Positions 12,546 to 25,780 of a stretch of DNA of 64,000 nucleotides are shown here, one piece after another. The notes beneath the pieces are model-generated. The model worked only from the letters and a program-made list of their open reading frames with translations, ran no database searches and was not told the origin of the DNA. How positions within the stretch are numbered: the first letter of the stretch is position 1; each line of letters starts with the position of its first letter. The translations under genes and the position numbers were made by a program. Origin of the DNA: Paragordius varius (taxonomy: Eukaryota > Animalia > Nematomorpha); assembly GCA_964247055.1 (NCBI GenBank), contig OZ176055.1, positions 3,844,001 to 3,908,000 on the forward strand. The letters run 5' to 3'.

Positions 12546-15500
12546 ATGAATCCCTTCAAATTCTATGGCAATGCAGCCGGATCTTCCCAAAGTTCTGTGA
12601 TTAGCTGCTTATTTCCAACACGTCTTTTTTCGGGTTTTAGTCAATATTATACGGCAAACCAAAAACAAAAAATGTTTAACCACATCTTGCAACAACTGAG
12701 ACTTCAACGAAAAAATTTATTATTCCTTATTAGGTATATGTGTGTTTAATATAATCTTTTCATCATTAACTTTGAAACGTATTCAAACAAATTATTTTAA
12801 AACTATATAAAATTCCAGATGTTTTTTTGGTCAAATCGTTTCAATGTTGCCTAATTTTTTCAATCATATATTTTAATGATATTAATACCATGTGAATGAA
12901 TTACAAAGTTAAATAAAAGATACTGAAAAAATTTATTTGTTCTTTAATAAAATAACTTCCTAATTTAATTCGAGATAATAATGTAAATAATTGTCAGTTT
13001 TGATAAGGCAAGCGTTTAATATCATACCCTTTTAAAAACGGAAAAAATAAGTCTAAGCTGCATATCTCTTTATTGTGTCGTAAGAGTTAATGAAAATATG
13101 AATGAATTTTTGAACTCGATGAAAGATTCTCGTAGCTACTCTACAAAATCGATACTGACATCAATACCTTGTAAAAATTATTGTAGCATTTTTAATTTTT
13201 TTAAAAAACAAAGTTTTATCAATTGTTTGTGTTTAAATGACAATTTTAGCCTTGCAGTCGAAAAAATAATGGAGTTGAAAAAAGAAAACATAAATGATGC
13301 AGATCCTGAATTTCAAAATCTATTAGCGGTGTTGCAACATATTGTTGGACATCAAATGGCCTTTACAAGTATTTTTCATACTTTATTATATTGATAGATT
13401 TTTTTCATAAATGAAAATACCAATACTGGTATTAGCATATTAAGGCACTCACTTCGATTGTAATAGCTAAATTTAGGTCAGACCGATTATAAATATAATT
13501 AACGCTTGCAATAATAAGCAGTAAACTTCGATCATAATTTACATACAATTTATGAAAAACAATGGATTTACATTTTTTTTATCTTTTGTGTGAATGACTA
13601 ATGCATTTGTGACCTGCAGATCAGTTAATTTTGACCGGTGAGAAATTTCCTTCTAGCTTTACAAATGACTTGAGTCAGTGATGATATAAATAAAGCCCCG
13701 GTTCAAAAACAAAGCGTGTCGATTTCTGTTATTTTTGATAGTACCCAGATATTGCAGGAAGAGCGCATAAAAAATAGTTTCAATCTTTTCAATTTTCGAT
13801 TTCCAAAAATTAATTAATCAAACTAACGCGGAAAAATCCCTCAATGTCAAACAGGAACAGAATTTAGTTTATTATATATACATTCGACATTTCTATGATT
13901 TGTTTATAAATTATTTTAACACCCTTTTTCAATATATATTTATATCAGTAAAAGCGCTTATTACCTTACTCTTTCTTACATAAAAAAATTACCAGGTCCT
14001 GACTTTAATAATGTGCATTCAAGGATCATTTTATATTCCTTTGTTGTAGATGATATCTCTATCTTATCCAAACAATTCTAAATTTCACTCATATCTAAAC
14101 AGAAAAAAAATAAAAATTATATGTATATAGAATATAAAATATGGTGGCTGGATGAAAAACGCATGTTATGGGATTTCATTGTAAATATCTGTCACAATAC
14201 GGACACAAGGATGGCCTTGCTCAATACACATTTTATAGCCTGCGTTCAAATGATTGAATCCATGAATTATCAGAATACACAAGCCAAAGTATTATTCAAA
14301 TGAATTATAAAATATTTGCATAATATATAATTACAGTAGCATACGGTGTAAAAAAACTTGCCATATTCAATAATTGCAACATTTGTAGTTTTTTATCAAA
14401 CGTTACTGTATATTTTAAGAGTAATCATATTGGCATATGTATCAATTTTATACTTAGATAAAATCATGGTTGGCTATTATGTTGTGTGACAAAAAGTTAC
14501 CAATGTTTATTGAAGAACTTCTGAACAATCCAAACCTTTTGCAGTTAAATTTTTTTCAACATATATTTTCCCAAAAATATAATTATAGCCAAAATGTCAT
14601 CTTACATGATTGTTAATTACATTTTAGGGATTATTATTATGATGGTGCCTTCCTCCTAAGCTGGGAAGCCAAATCCCTTGTGCATTATCTTAAAAAATTA
14701 ACCTTTTTGGACATTACGTAAGTATTATATAATTAGTTTTTCTACCGTCAAATTTTCTGTAATTAACACTTTTTAAGTCATTGCCCTTTAATAGGTGCTA
14801 AATAACTATTTGAAATTAAGAAAATATAATTTGTTAATTGCATAATAACATGTTTTATTTATATACATTTAGAATATGTTTGAAGGATTCTATCTGTGAT
14901 ATTGATGAGACACCATCCATAGATATTACGCCATTCATAAATCCACTCTTGGTGTAATTCCTTGTATTAATTTTTTTTTCGTAACTAAAACCATTTTTAT
15001 AACTATAAAGGGGTACTCATGTTATGTATGCGTTCAGGCCGTGAATACAAGCGGGAAACAAAACTAGTTAAAAAAAAATTTAAGCATTTTACACAAATGC
15101 AATCAATCGCCTTGGCATAGTTGTTTAGTTCCAATACAAATTTAGCTATCAAAAATTTAATTCCTTCCATTTAACAAGATGGGTTTAATTAAAGCATTGA
15201 TAAAGATTTCTTTCGATGTATATTGTGCGAAATCAAAAAAATATATCTGATAAAAATATTTTAATCTTGATATAAATTTTCTGTGAATTGGATATTTATT
15301 TACTTTATAGCCTATATCAATATACCATAGTAGAGTTATAAAAAATTGTTGATTAAATTTGAGGACAATCCTTAATTTTGTTTTTCCGCTTGTTTCAATT
15401 AACGATAAACTATCTAAATGGTTTAGTTTTTAACTTCTTATTTTTGTCAACTAAAAATGACTTGCGTACCTTTTCAATAATAAAGCATGTGATTCGGTCG

Positions 15501-18500
15501 ATAAATTTGCCTGTTTTTTTTTAAAAAAAATTCATGAGTCTATGCATGCTCAATTAATCATGATTAGTAGATATTTGGTAACGTGTTCCATCATATTCCT
15601 ATCGATCTTAATAAATTTATCGCTTAAACTCATAGAGTAAAAAATGAGATTATACGGACAAAACGTTAAAATATAAAGACAAATATTGTTTTTAGAGACA
15701 ACCAAACGTTTTTAATCCTCATTATAAATATACCTCATTGTTTTAAACTGGTGTGTATGAAGATGTAAATTCGTAACTCAATCAATTGTGTATTTTATGA
15801 TTGTAATTAGATTTTTATAGTATAAAATAAGGTTTAAAAAAGTATGGTTGTTTTTTTAAAAAAACTTTTGACTTTACATTTTCACGTTTTGTCCGTATAA
15901 TTTCAATTACTGTAAGTGGTGAATAGGTAATATAGATTTAGGAAAAGCGAGCGTTTGAGGCAATCAATGCACCTTTGATAGCACCCCCTTTTGGTGTCGA
16001 ACGTGCCAAAAAGTCAGGCATAAGCTAGAATGCAATTTTAAAAAAATTAATTCACTGGTTCCTTAAATTATGGCGCCGTGAACTTACCCCTTAGCCCCTA
16101 CCCCCTGAATGAGCCCCTGAAGTAACCGGAATATTAGGAGCAGGATATAAATATGAGCATGTTTAAATGACGAATTTGGTTTGCGCTTTCATTATTTCTT
16201 TTACAATCCGGTGACATTTTCCTCATTTTTACATTTTATTGTCCATAAACAGACTCCTGTCATCTTTTTTATGGTGTTTCCATGTATAATTTCTGATTCC
16301 ATCGCAATTTAGATGCCTAAATTATGGGTATTTATTTCTTTAAACGAATAAACTAACCTAAACTTTTTGGCGGTTGTTGATTAGAGACTTATTTTAAAGA
16401 GTTGCGTCATATGTGAAATATGGCAACATTATATGTATATTACATAACATTTTTAGATATACGAATTTTATTATGGAATTACATTTCAAAAAAATGATTA
16501 GCTCAAAAATTGGATAAACGTAAAAAGATAAAGAAAAAAACTTTTATCTAGAGTTTTAAACTTAATTCATCTTATAAAATCATTAAATTACAACCGTAAA
16601 AATAATTTATAGTGTTACCAATTTACATTCTGTTAAATACTTTTCAGTTTAAAACTATCAGATATATTTATAATAATCAAGATTCAAAAAAGTATGGTTG
16701 AATTTTCGAAAATTTTATATGTCTTTTTATTTTTACATTTTGTCCGTATAATTTCAATTTTACAGTATTTTACATATATTATTAATACAGTAATAAAGTA
16801 CAACTGGAGTTAATGGGCCTATATGATGATATCCATTTACGATCAAGTACTTTACCAATCGAACATCAATTCAATTTGCCAACTTTGAGTGCGGATAAAA
16901 GTGACTTTCTGTTGCGCTACTTTAAACAACAACAAGCTTATACCAATTTTGACACGTTACGACATTTGCTGGAAAATGACAAATCGGTCGTCCCGGATGT
17001 AGTAGGAGTACGAAAAACGACAATTAAACTGAGTAATGAACAATCTTGCCCAATAAACAATATTTGTAATGATGAAAATACCTACCCTTCATCCTGTGCC
17101 CAAAACTATGCTGAAGTCGAAAGTGGGTTTGGGTCTGAAAGTTGTGGAACAGGAGTCACTTTGCTAACTAATGGATCAAATGGAAAAAATTTCAAAGGAG
17201 ATGAGGGCGGTTCCGCCCCCATGCTCGTAGATGGGGACACCAATCCGTGGAAAGTCCTATTCTACCAAATGCAAAACATGTACAAATCAATGTCACAACA
17301 AAAGGTAATCAACTCTGAATCAAATAATTCACATAATACTGCTAGAGTGTATAGATATTTACCATTGTTTATACCTAATCAGATGGGATTTAATTTCTTT
17401 TCACAAAAAATGGCACACGATTTGACGCTTATAAAATTGTTGAAATTTGTATTAACTGCAATCTTTGTCATTCTTAATGGCTTCATTATTATAATTTCGT
17501 GCTAATGTGACAAGTAAATAAATTTTTCTGAATTGTATTTTTTACATATTATAAAAATAGATCGTAAAGTAATTACTAAATGATGAAATAAATTAAATAA
17601 TGCCAAGTATATAATCGAGAATAAAAAAATACCTGCTCAAATGGGCAATACGCATGAATTAGGGGGAAAATATGGGAAGGCGGTTAAAAAAATAGGTGGC
17701 CCTATAGATGTCTTTGATGCGCCTTATTTCGACATTGTTTAGGGCTCTCTATACTGGTCTCAAACATTTATAAAAGGGTTAATAAAACAAGTCCCATTTA
17801 GAGTTGTCAATAGATTTAGTCATAATTGCTCAAAGCCTTATAATGGCGTCTTCTAATTAAGAGTTTCTAATTATACAAATTAAATAAAAAGTATTTATAC
17901 ATTCCCAGAAAACGCTGGAAGGTTTATTAAATGAACGAGATAAAGAAATGTCAACCCTATTGCGACAAAATGACATATTAACATGTGCGCTAAAAAATTA
18001 TGGGATTCGGAATTCTTTGGAAAGAGATCGCATTGATGGCGTAATAAATGGATTGGAAAATTTATTGTAAGTTTCATAACGATTTTAAATGGTGTCAAGT
18101 TTTTACATTATCTACCATATATTTTGATATTAAATTAGGTTGGTAATAATTAAAAATTCTATTGAAATAAGCAGAGCTTTATAGGCCATATCTGTATTTT
18201 GGTAAAAAGTATTTTATTTACAACATGTATGAAATTTTTTGTTTTTATTAGTTATATTTTAAATTAAGGGAAAAAATATAGTGTTTACAGTATGCATTTT
18301 AATGGTTGCTCATTTCACACTCTAGTTGGGCAATTTGCCACACAGTACTGTAATAAACAAACAACAAAATATTAAGTAAAATAAACAAAATAATTTAAAA
18401 GGTTGATCATTGAACATTTTGTTTATGGAACATTTTGTTGTTTTTCACTAGTGTGCAAATCGCCCAACTATAATAAGAAATAAGCAACTAATAAAATATA

Positions 18501-20459
18501 TAATTTAATTAAATATGTACTAAATTTCATACCTGGCAACAATGTAAATTAAATACACTTTTAGCCAATTAAAATAGATATATGGCCTATAATAACTCTC
18601 GATACTGTATTGTAATTATTTACTTTAAAATTTGACATAAATTACAAGATTGCTTGTTTGTTTGCTATACAGAATAGATATTGCAGAGAAAAAGAGAGAT
18701 ATTTGTTTTGAAAACCATTATTCCCCATCTCAAATTCAACCTTCACCCCTGTCAGCCAGGTCTGGTAAACAATTTGTTGAACAAGCCATTGAAGAAAATT
18801 ATATTTTACCCAACTCGAAAACATTCATGAACCTTACAGAGTATGAAAACGTGAATGGTAAACCTAATGATGATAAAATACCTAAAAACATGGTTATTTC
18901 TGACATATTGCCATACTGTAAACATGATAATAACTTCAATTTTGATGATTATGAGATGTCGCAATCTAAAAAGGAAATCACCTTATATGACCCAAAGCAA
19001 ATACATGCAAAAGAAGGAGGTGTTAAAGACACAAAAAACAGGTAGTGTAAATTTTTGATGTAAATTCTTTTTATACCTGTATAAATATGATATTTTACAT
19101 TATTATTATTATATGATATTGTAAAAATATATAACTCTATTTTTATTAGGGGAGAAATGATGAATTTTTATGGATTAGTTAATGAAAGACATCCCATAAG
19201 CACTTCATTTTATAATGAATTAGGTGCGCCTTCCTATAGTTCGAAGACGAGTAATATAACTATCCAAAACTATGGTAATACATAATTTATTATTTAAAAA
19301 ATGGTCTCACTGTGAAAATTAATCAGTTTCGAATTAGGACTTTTTTTGGTTTTTATGTGGCATTTGTGGTTATTTTAAAAATCTAAACTAGGTCGGGTAA
19401 GAAATTTTAATATCGAATAAGATAATTAACGGTTACAATATCATTATTATTTTGTATGTGTTTATGATAATATATAATAAATATATGGAAAAGCAGATCG
19501 GAATATAATTTACCCAATCTTTTCAGAAGTGTAATGAAAATTCGAAATAATTTCAACAATCAGGTGATTTTAATGGGCAGACTGGTTTTGTTATATTAAC
19601 CAATTCTGTTTTTTATATTAATTGGTAAATCAATTTCAATCGGTCTAATATTTTAAAGGATTCAAATTAAATTTGAAATCATAACTCGGTTTTAAACCGT
19701 TAATATCTTAATTGATTAGGTATAAAATAACTTCCGCTGGAGAGTTTCATTTTATCGAATAATCAAATTAGAATGCATGCGAGTTTCATAATGTATTTAA
19801 CATTTTATTTTTGAATTGACTTGCTGTTAATTGGTTCAAAAGTGCTAAAAACTTTAAGTAAAGCGAAATTTATTTGTATTTTTTTGTTTCATATAATTGA
19901 ATTTATATGTAACAGAGAAAGACCAATTTTTAATTTTAATAGAAAAAGCCATACAATTAATGCTTAAATTTTAAGACGTTTTTTGTGCAAACCGACAGCG
20001 TTGGCTGTTGATAATGTTGGAGTTTCCCTCAAGTGTTTAAGAACTAGTCTTATGTGATTAGGAAAAATTTTAAAGCTAGTTTATGGTTCCAAGCCAATTC
20101 AATCTTTTAATTATGTATAATATTTTGATCTTAATATAATATTGAATATTGATAATATTCCAGTAACATTTTTTTAAGCGTGTAATCAAACTGGCAAAGT
20201 TTTGAAGAAATCCAATTCATTTTGGGATGGATCATATCAATTATGCTGTACCGGATCAGCCTTAGCCTATGGAACTATCAGTTTTGATGAGCCCGAAAAT
20301 CAAAATATTACTAGCCAACAAAAGAATGAAGAATTGAATTTGGTCGTTGAAAATAAAGAGAAAAATTTTACGTATGATATACCGTATTATCAAGCATCCT
20401 CTTTCTTAGACCGCAAATTGCAAGACGTTAAAAATTTATATGCTTCCCACAGTATTTAA
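12546..20459 (+). CDS. RUNDC3: RUN domain-containing protein 3-like (RUNDC3/RPIP8-like); exons 12546-12733, 13250-13368, 14131-14288, 14458-14543, 14628-14717, 16791-17304, 17909-18066, 18673-19041, 19150-19274, 20179-20459 (~695 aa)
   Basis: All splice phases are compatible. The N-terminal part (QRKNLLFLISLAVEKIM..INDADPEFQNLLAVLQHIVGH..LWDFIVNIC..CVQMIESM..AKIKSWLAIMLCDKKL..YYDGAFLL..LDIT) aligns by eye with the recalled RUNDC3A RUN domain, and QKKTLEGLLNERDKEM with its coiled coil. The last three exons are supported by phase and openness only. Confidence 0.7.
15635..15912. mobile_element. Tc1/mariner-type MITE (CAGTAAAAATTGAAATTATACGGACAAAAC TIR family)
   Basis: Degenerate left TIR; right TIR GTTTTGTCCGTATAATTTCAATTACTG|TA; same family as 29988, 39861 and 44371. 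Confidence 0.7.
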
Positions 20460-20518
20460 TTATACATATATATATATATATATATATATTGTAGTATTGA
20501 ATGCAATTAAATTATTCG

Positions 20519-20520
<2 letters not shown>

Positions 20521-20556
<36 letters not shown>
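20521..20556. repeat. (AT)n microsatellite between convergent gene 3' ends
   Basis: Direct inspection. Confidence 0.95.
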
Positions 20557-20559
<3 letters not shown>

Positions 20560-20789
20560 AACAGATTGATTAGCTTTTAACCATTCCAAAATTTTGAATA
20601 ATATGGAATATATTATTATATATGTATGATATTTATTTATTGAGATAATTTTAGCGTAACGACTGTTACACGCAAAATTAATGTTGTGTTTATTATATAT
20701 TTGTGCCCCTAACACAATATATGACATTTTAAAAATTAATTAAATTATTATTATATGGTAATAATATAAATTGTATAAATTGAAGCTAG

Positions 20790-22199
20790 CTATGTCATTT
20801 TATGTTGGTGAACTTTTATATGACGATCATAACTTTTTTGCATATCATTTTTCAAACTTTCAGGATCACCGACCTCAATAGTTTCAACCAAATCATTTTC
20901 TCCACAGGCCAAACGTTGAGGCGTGTCATGATGACGTTCCTTTCCCCCAATGACAAATTTAAAGACTTTCAAATTGATGTCCTCTATAACATAATGAAAG
21001 AAAATATTTAGAAGTCCAAATAATAATTAATAATTTCGTAATAGCACTTAATTTTTCTCAAACTTAACATAACGATCAAATATCTAAGTCACATTTCTGA
21101 GTCACATTGGAGAACCTCAAAAAAATCATAAATTATGTTAAATTATTCGTTTTAAAAAACGGGTATTTGCAAACGAAACTTATACTTTGTTGTTTAAGAG
21201 GAGGCAAACATTCATTAACATTAGTTATGATTAGGATGAGTTGTTTAGAGCCATGTCCCGACAAATCTATTTTGGATGTATAATGGACATCTTTTGCCAG
21301 TTTTTCAAAACCAAAATGTGTTAAATCCATGTGCCCTAATCCCTTCTTATAATCTAACAATTGATTTTTGGTATCTTCCAACCACGTTTTAGCTTCTGTT
21401 TTATTTAATACGTGTGATGTTTTAATTAATTGTGCTTCATTCACATTAATTAAAACGATTGAAAGTTTGGAGTGCCATTGCATAATCTAAAAATGTATAA
21501 TATTTTTTGAGTTAAAACAACATTAAAACACAAGTGGCGTTTTTTGTTAATTAATTATTTCGCATCCTATTTATAATTTACAGGATAGGAACTGCGGAAC
21601 TGTTTTATTTGAAATATTATTTTATTCCGGTTCCGTGTTTTTGCGGATTTATTTATCCGATTGCCAAAAATTGACGTTTCTTTTGGTTTCACGATTAAGC
21701 CATATGGTTTTTTTGGAAAAATCTTTTATGATATAATAATAATAATAATAATAACAATACTAAATTAATATTTTAATAAAATACCAAAAATGATAAAATT
21801 TATTTTTTGGTGCCGTTAGGAACTACAATTCTGGTCAAAAAACAGTTACAAAACCGTTTTCTACTTTTTGGATCCAAAATAAAAAAAGGTAATGGCCCGA
21901 TTGCCTTTTATTTAAAATTTGTGAATTTATGATCTATGGATTAAAAATTAGTTTAAAGTTTGCCCAATTATATATGTTATACCCTTATTGTGTCTAGGGT
22001 ATGCTTTATATCCATGGGATTCATTTCCTTTAAATCCAATACGTAATGGATTATATCAGGTTGGTGACGAGTATGAAAATAATTTCCAAAAGAAGCATAT
22101 TTGCTTGATGGGCGTCCTAATAATATATTAACAGAAAAATTAAATTTCCAGAAAGAATATTCAGGTTTACACACTAGGCGCTTCAAAGCAAGAATTGTC
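20790..22199 (-). CDS. Unidentified multi-exon gene, 3' exons 22199-21983, 21486-21186, 20983-20790; degenerate vWA-like domain suspected
   Basis: Three GT-AG exons with compatible phases form one frame ending at the stop at 20790. The pattern DIIHYVLD..GFEKL..KQLILIITN..LKVFKFVIG..QRLAC resembles vWA (alpha2delta-type) secondary-structure motifs. 5' exons not resolved. Confidence 0.55.
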
Positions 22200-23849
22200 C
22201 TTATTCAATACAAATTTAACTACCTCGCAGATGGTTTAGGTTAATTAGGTAAAAATATCATGGATTAGCTGGAAGATGAAAAACTTATAATTTTGAAAAC
22301 ATAATTGGCGTTCAAAAGTGTGTAATTTTTCGAAAGGGTAATATTTTTGTTCAATTATCCCATTTTGTTATCAAAGTGTTATCTTTATTATTTTTTTAAA
22401 AAATTAACATGGCCTCCATTATCAACATTACGATAAATGTTTCCACAGATTTAATTACTCCAAAATTAATACAAAGTCGACACAACTATTTCCTTTCAAT
22501 TATAAACGTATTTGTGGTATAAATAATTTCAATTTTTAATCATTCCTAAACTTCATTTTCAAATCCAATATTAATTTTAAAAGTTTAAAATTAAATTACC
22601 TTCTCCTCCAATGAAACAGGCGCAGTACAGGGCTATTGAAAAAATGTATTTCATGATGTGTGACATAATGCGACAATTGCAAAAAAAATTACACATATGA
22701 AAATATTTTCTTTTTATAGAGAAAACATGTGCATTTTTATTTAGATATAAACAAGAATCCTAAAAATGTATTTGGCTACAAGCACTCATTAGTTAAACAA
22801 TAAATTATTATCAAATATATGTCGTTGGTTTTATGTTAAAAAAACATTTTTTTCAAATAACAAATATATTGAGTAGTCTGTGGCATAAGACAATCTATTT
22901 CAATTAAATAACTTGAATGAAGATAAACAAAAGATTTACATATCATTAAATGTGGACGGTTTTTATGTAAATTTAGGATAACACATCCATATTCTGATTT
23001 ATTGTAGAGTATTAATATAAAATATTTAAAACAATTGGGAAATTTTTTTAGGCAAAATTGAAATTTAACTGCGCGGCAAAAAATATAAAAAATAATTAAC
23101 TTAATAAAAAACATTTATTTAGATTGCGTATTGATCAGCATCAAATCAATTCGTTGATATATATAAACATACATATAAAAATCACTACCAAAATTGTTAT
23201 ACATCTGTTGGAATAAAACGTTTGATTGGAAGATTGATGTTTCCCCACCGTAAAACTATATTAGTAATTTAAAATGAATTGGCTTAATTTTCATAAAATT
23301 AAGAGCACTGTTTACTTATTCAAGTATAAAATTTAAATATGTATCAACATTTAAGGGCCTAAAAAACTGTTGTGTCAACCTTCTCTAATATGGGTGCCGA
23401 GGAATTAAGGTGGCATTTTCATTATATTTTTTAATATTTACATATAAACTCTCATCTCCGGACAGTTGAACTGTCGAAATATGTTGCTCAATGCCCATTT
23501 ACATGGCTTTTAATATTGAATAATTGTTAATTGATGGATAAAATATATCTTGACAAAAAACCAATCATCGTTATTACTAATCGAAATTTTTCTCCTAATC
23601 ATAAAAGGACAATACATCTTAGATTACATTAATTGTTAATCAGAAATTTCAAAAAGAAGGAAAAAATATTAATGGCATTATATACCAGCTGTATAGTTTT
23701 TAACAATTTACTAAAGGAAAAGGTCAGCGAAAAGCAGGAAGATTAATTTGATACATAATCCATTTAATTCATCCAATATTGAAATACAAAGACCTACAAT
23801 TTGAGTTTACCAAAAATTAGTGTTCACTTTTATAATTCAATTATGTGAT

Positions 23850-24700
23850 ATGTGCACGAAATAGAAAATTTGCGGCACCCGTTGCTATCAGTGGAAAAGG
23901 CTGCTGAAACTTATTATTTGTTAATAGAAACATATGCTGAAGATGGTTTCGAATATCAAAATTTGTAATTTTATGTGAAAGAATATGGGTGTTCTGTTGG
24001 ACTGAGCTGAGAAAACGATCAAATGCAAGATTTGATGATGAACCAACTGAAACAAAGGCATTTGACTGAAGCATTATAATATTACAAAAAACCAATATAT
24101 GTCTATTAATAGGTGAAGTTAATAAACTCAGTAAATGCGTTCCACACAATTTAAATTAACGTCAAATCGAAAATTGATTGTAAAATCTTGCTACATTGTG
24201 TTGAAGGGGAATCATTTTTGCATCGTATTTTGATGAGTGCTGAATAAGAGCCTTTAATTTGTGAATCCAAAACGGAAAAATCGAGACTTCCACCTTGTCA
24301 AGCCGTTCCATCTACATTATGGTCAAACGTTTCGGCAATAAATCTATTCTCTGTGTCTAAGGGGGGGTACGTTCTATATAATTTTAATATACAACACTAT
24401 CAAAATTTCTAAAGACCATGGATTAGTCGAAAACCAACCAGAATGTGCCAGATAACATGGCAATAAACCAACGAAAGACACTTTAAAATCACTTATAGGA
24501 ACTTCTGCATCCGCCAAACTTTCCTGATCTGGCACCATCTGATTAATGCAGCTCTGCATCAATGGAATACACCCTCGCAAAGCAGCACTTCAATAATTAG
24601 ACGTTGGAATGATAGGATGATTGGTTATCCGCATAAGACAACCAATTTTTATTGCACAAGATTCATATAATATCTGAAAGATGAGCGAAATTTGTTTTAC
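23850..24700 (+). pseudogene. Degraded mariner (DD34D-type) transposase relic
   Basis: KLSKCVPHNL (WVPHEL motif, 24124-24153), ESFLHRILMSAE (FLHRIVTGDE-like) and LLHPPNFPDLAPSD (HPPYSPDLAPSD motif, 24502-24543), with many stops and frameshifts. Boundaries approximate. Confidence 0.75.
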
Positions 24701-25780
24701 GAAGATAATTAACTCGCTAAGTCAGAGCTGATAGTGATAGGAAAATTGTGCCGAACCTCATAGGCTTAAAGAAGACGTCTTACAAACAAAAAAAATAGTT
24801 TTATATATACAAATTAAAATTTGAGGTAATAGGATATCTATTTGTCTGAAAATGGGTTTTGCATATAAAATAGTTATGATAAATACATAATATAAATCGC
24901 AAGCTGAAAACCAAAACAATGTGCAAATATTGATACATGATTTAAGCTGCCTTTTATGATTAATTTTCGTATTAGCAGTTGATTTTCAAAATTTTATATT
25001 ACCTACAATACGACCTTAGGCCTATAATATGAATCATGATGCAGCATCGATCCACAATATGAAAAATGATTATCAAACAACCTGTAAAAAAAGCGCACAA
25101 TTAGTTTGAAACAATTTTTAACGCAACGTTTCTCTGCACACACAATTTAGTACTTGAAATACGATCCTAAAATCATAGAAAATATTTAATATAAAATAAA
25201 CTACAGGTATACAACTTATCTTATATCATATTTAAAATATGGTGGTAATGTGATACCAATAATATGAGTGCTTTACTGTATATCATATTTTAAAAAATGT
25301 ATTTTAGCAAAATATGCTGGATTCGTTCCAACGATGATCTTTTACCCAAAATTCTGCGTTTTGCTTTCGATTCTGGTAACTTCAAGTATTCAATTTTATA
25401 GATACTTGAAACATTAATGCTTTTATTACATATCCAAGTTTCAAAATATTGAAGTTGATAATTAAACAGTAATTAATTGAAATTCTACAGACAAAAGTGA
25501 AAATAAATAAAAAAATTTTTAAAAAGAAATCACATTTTTAAAACCGTCTTTTTTTCAGTAATTACATATTTTTTGCAGGAAAAGGTTTCATTATATTCTT
25601 TCAGAAATGTGTTTGTCGTTTAAGATACATTTTGGGTATAAATATATTTTTACTGTATTATAAGATTTTTTTAATAAAAAATTATTGTTATGATATTGGC
25701 ACCGATTAATATGCTGGTTGGGTGGACAATAAGGAAAACATATAAAGTATGGACATTTATGCTGGCTTATTTACTCATTA

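Noticed and set aside
13098-13249. 5' part of ORF 13098-13394
   Set aside because: Intronic read-through; only 13250-13368 fits the RUN-domain alignment and splice phases.
22200-22223. Candidate 24-nt intron upstream of the vWA-like exon
   Set aside because: The sequence 5' of the donor hits an in-frame TAA within six codons and has no acceptor, so it is not a supported exon.
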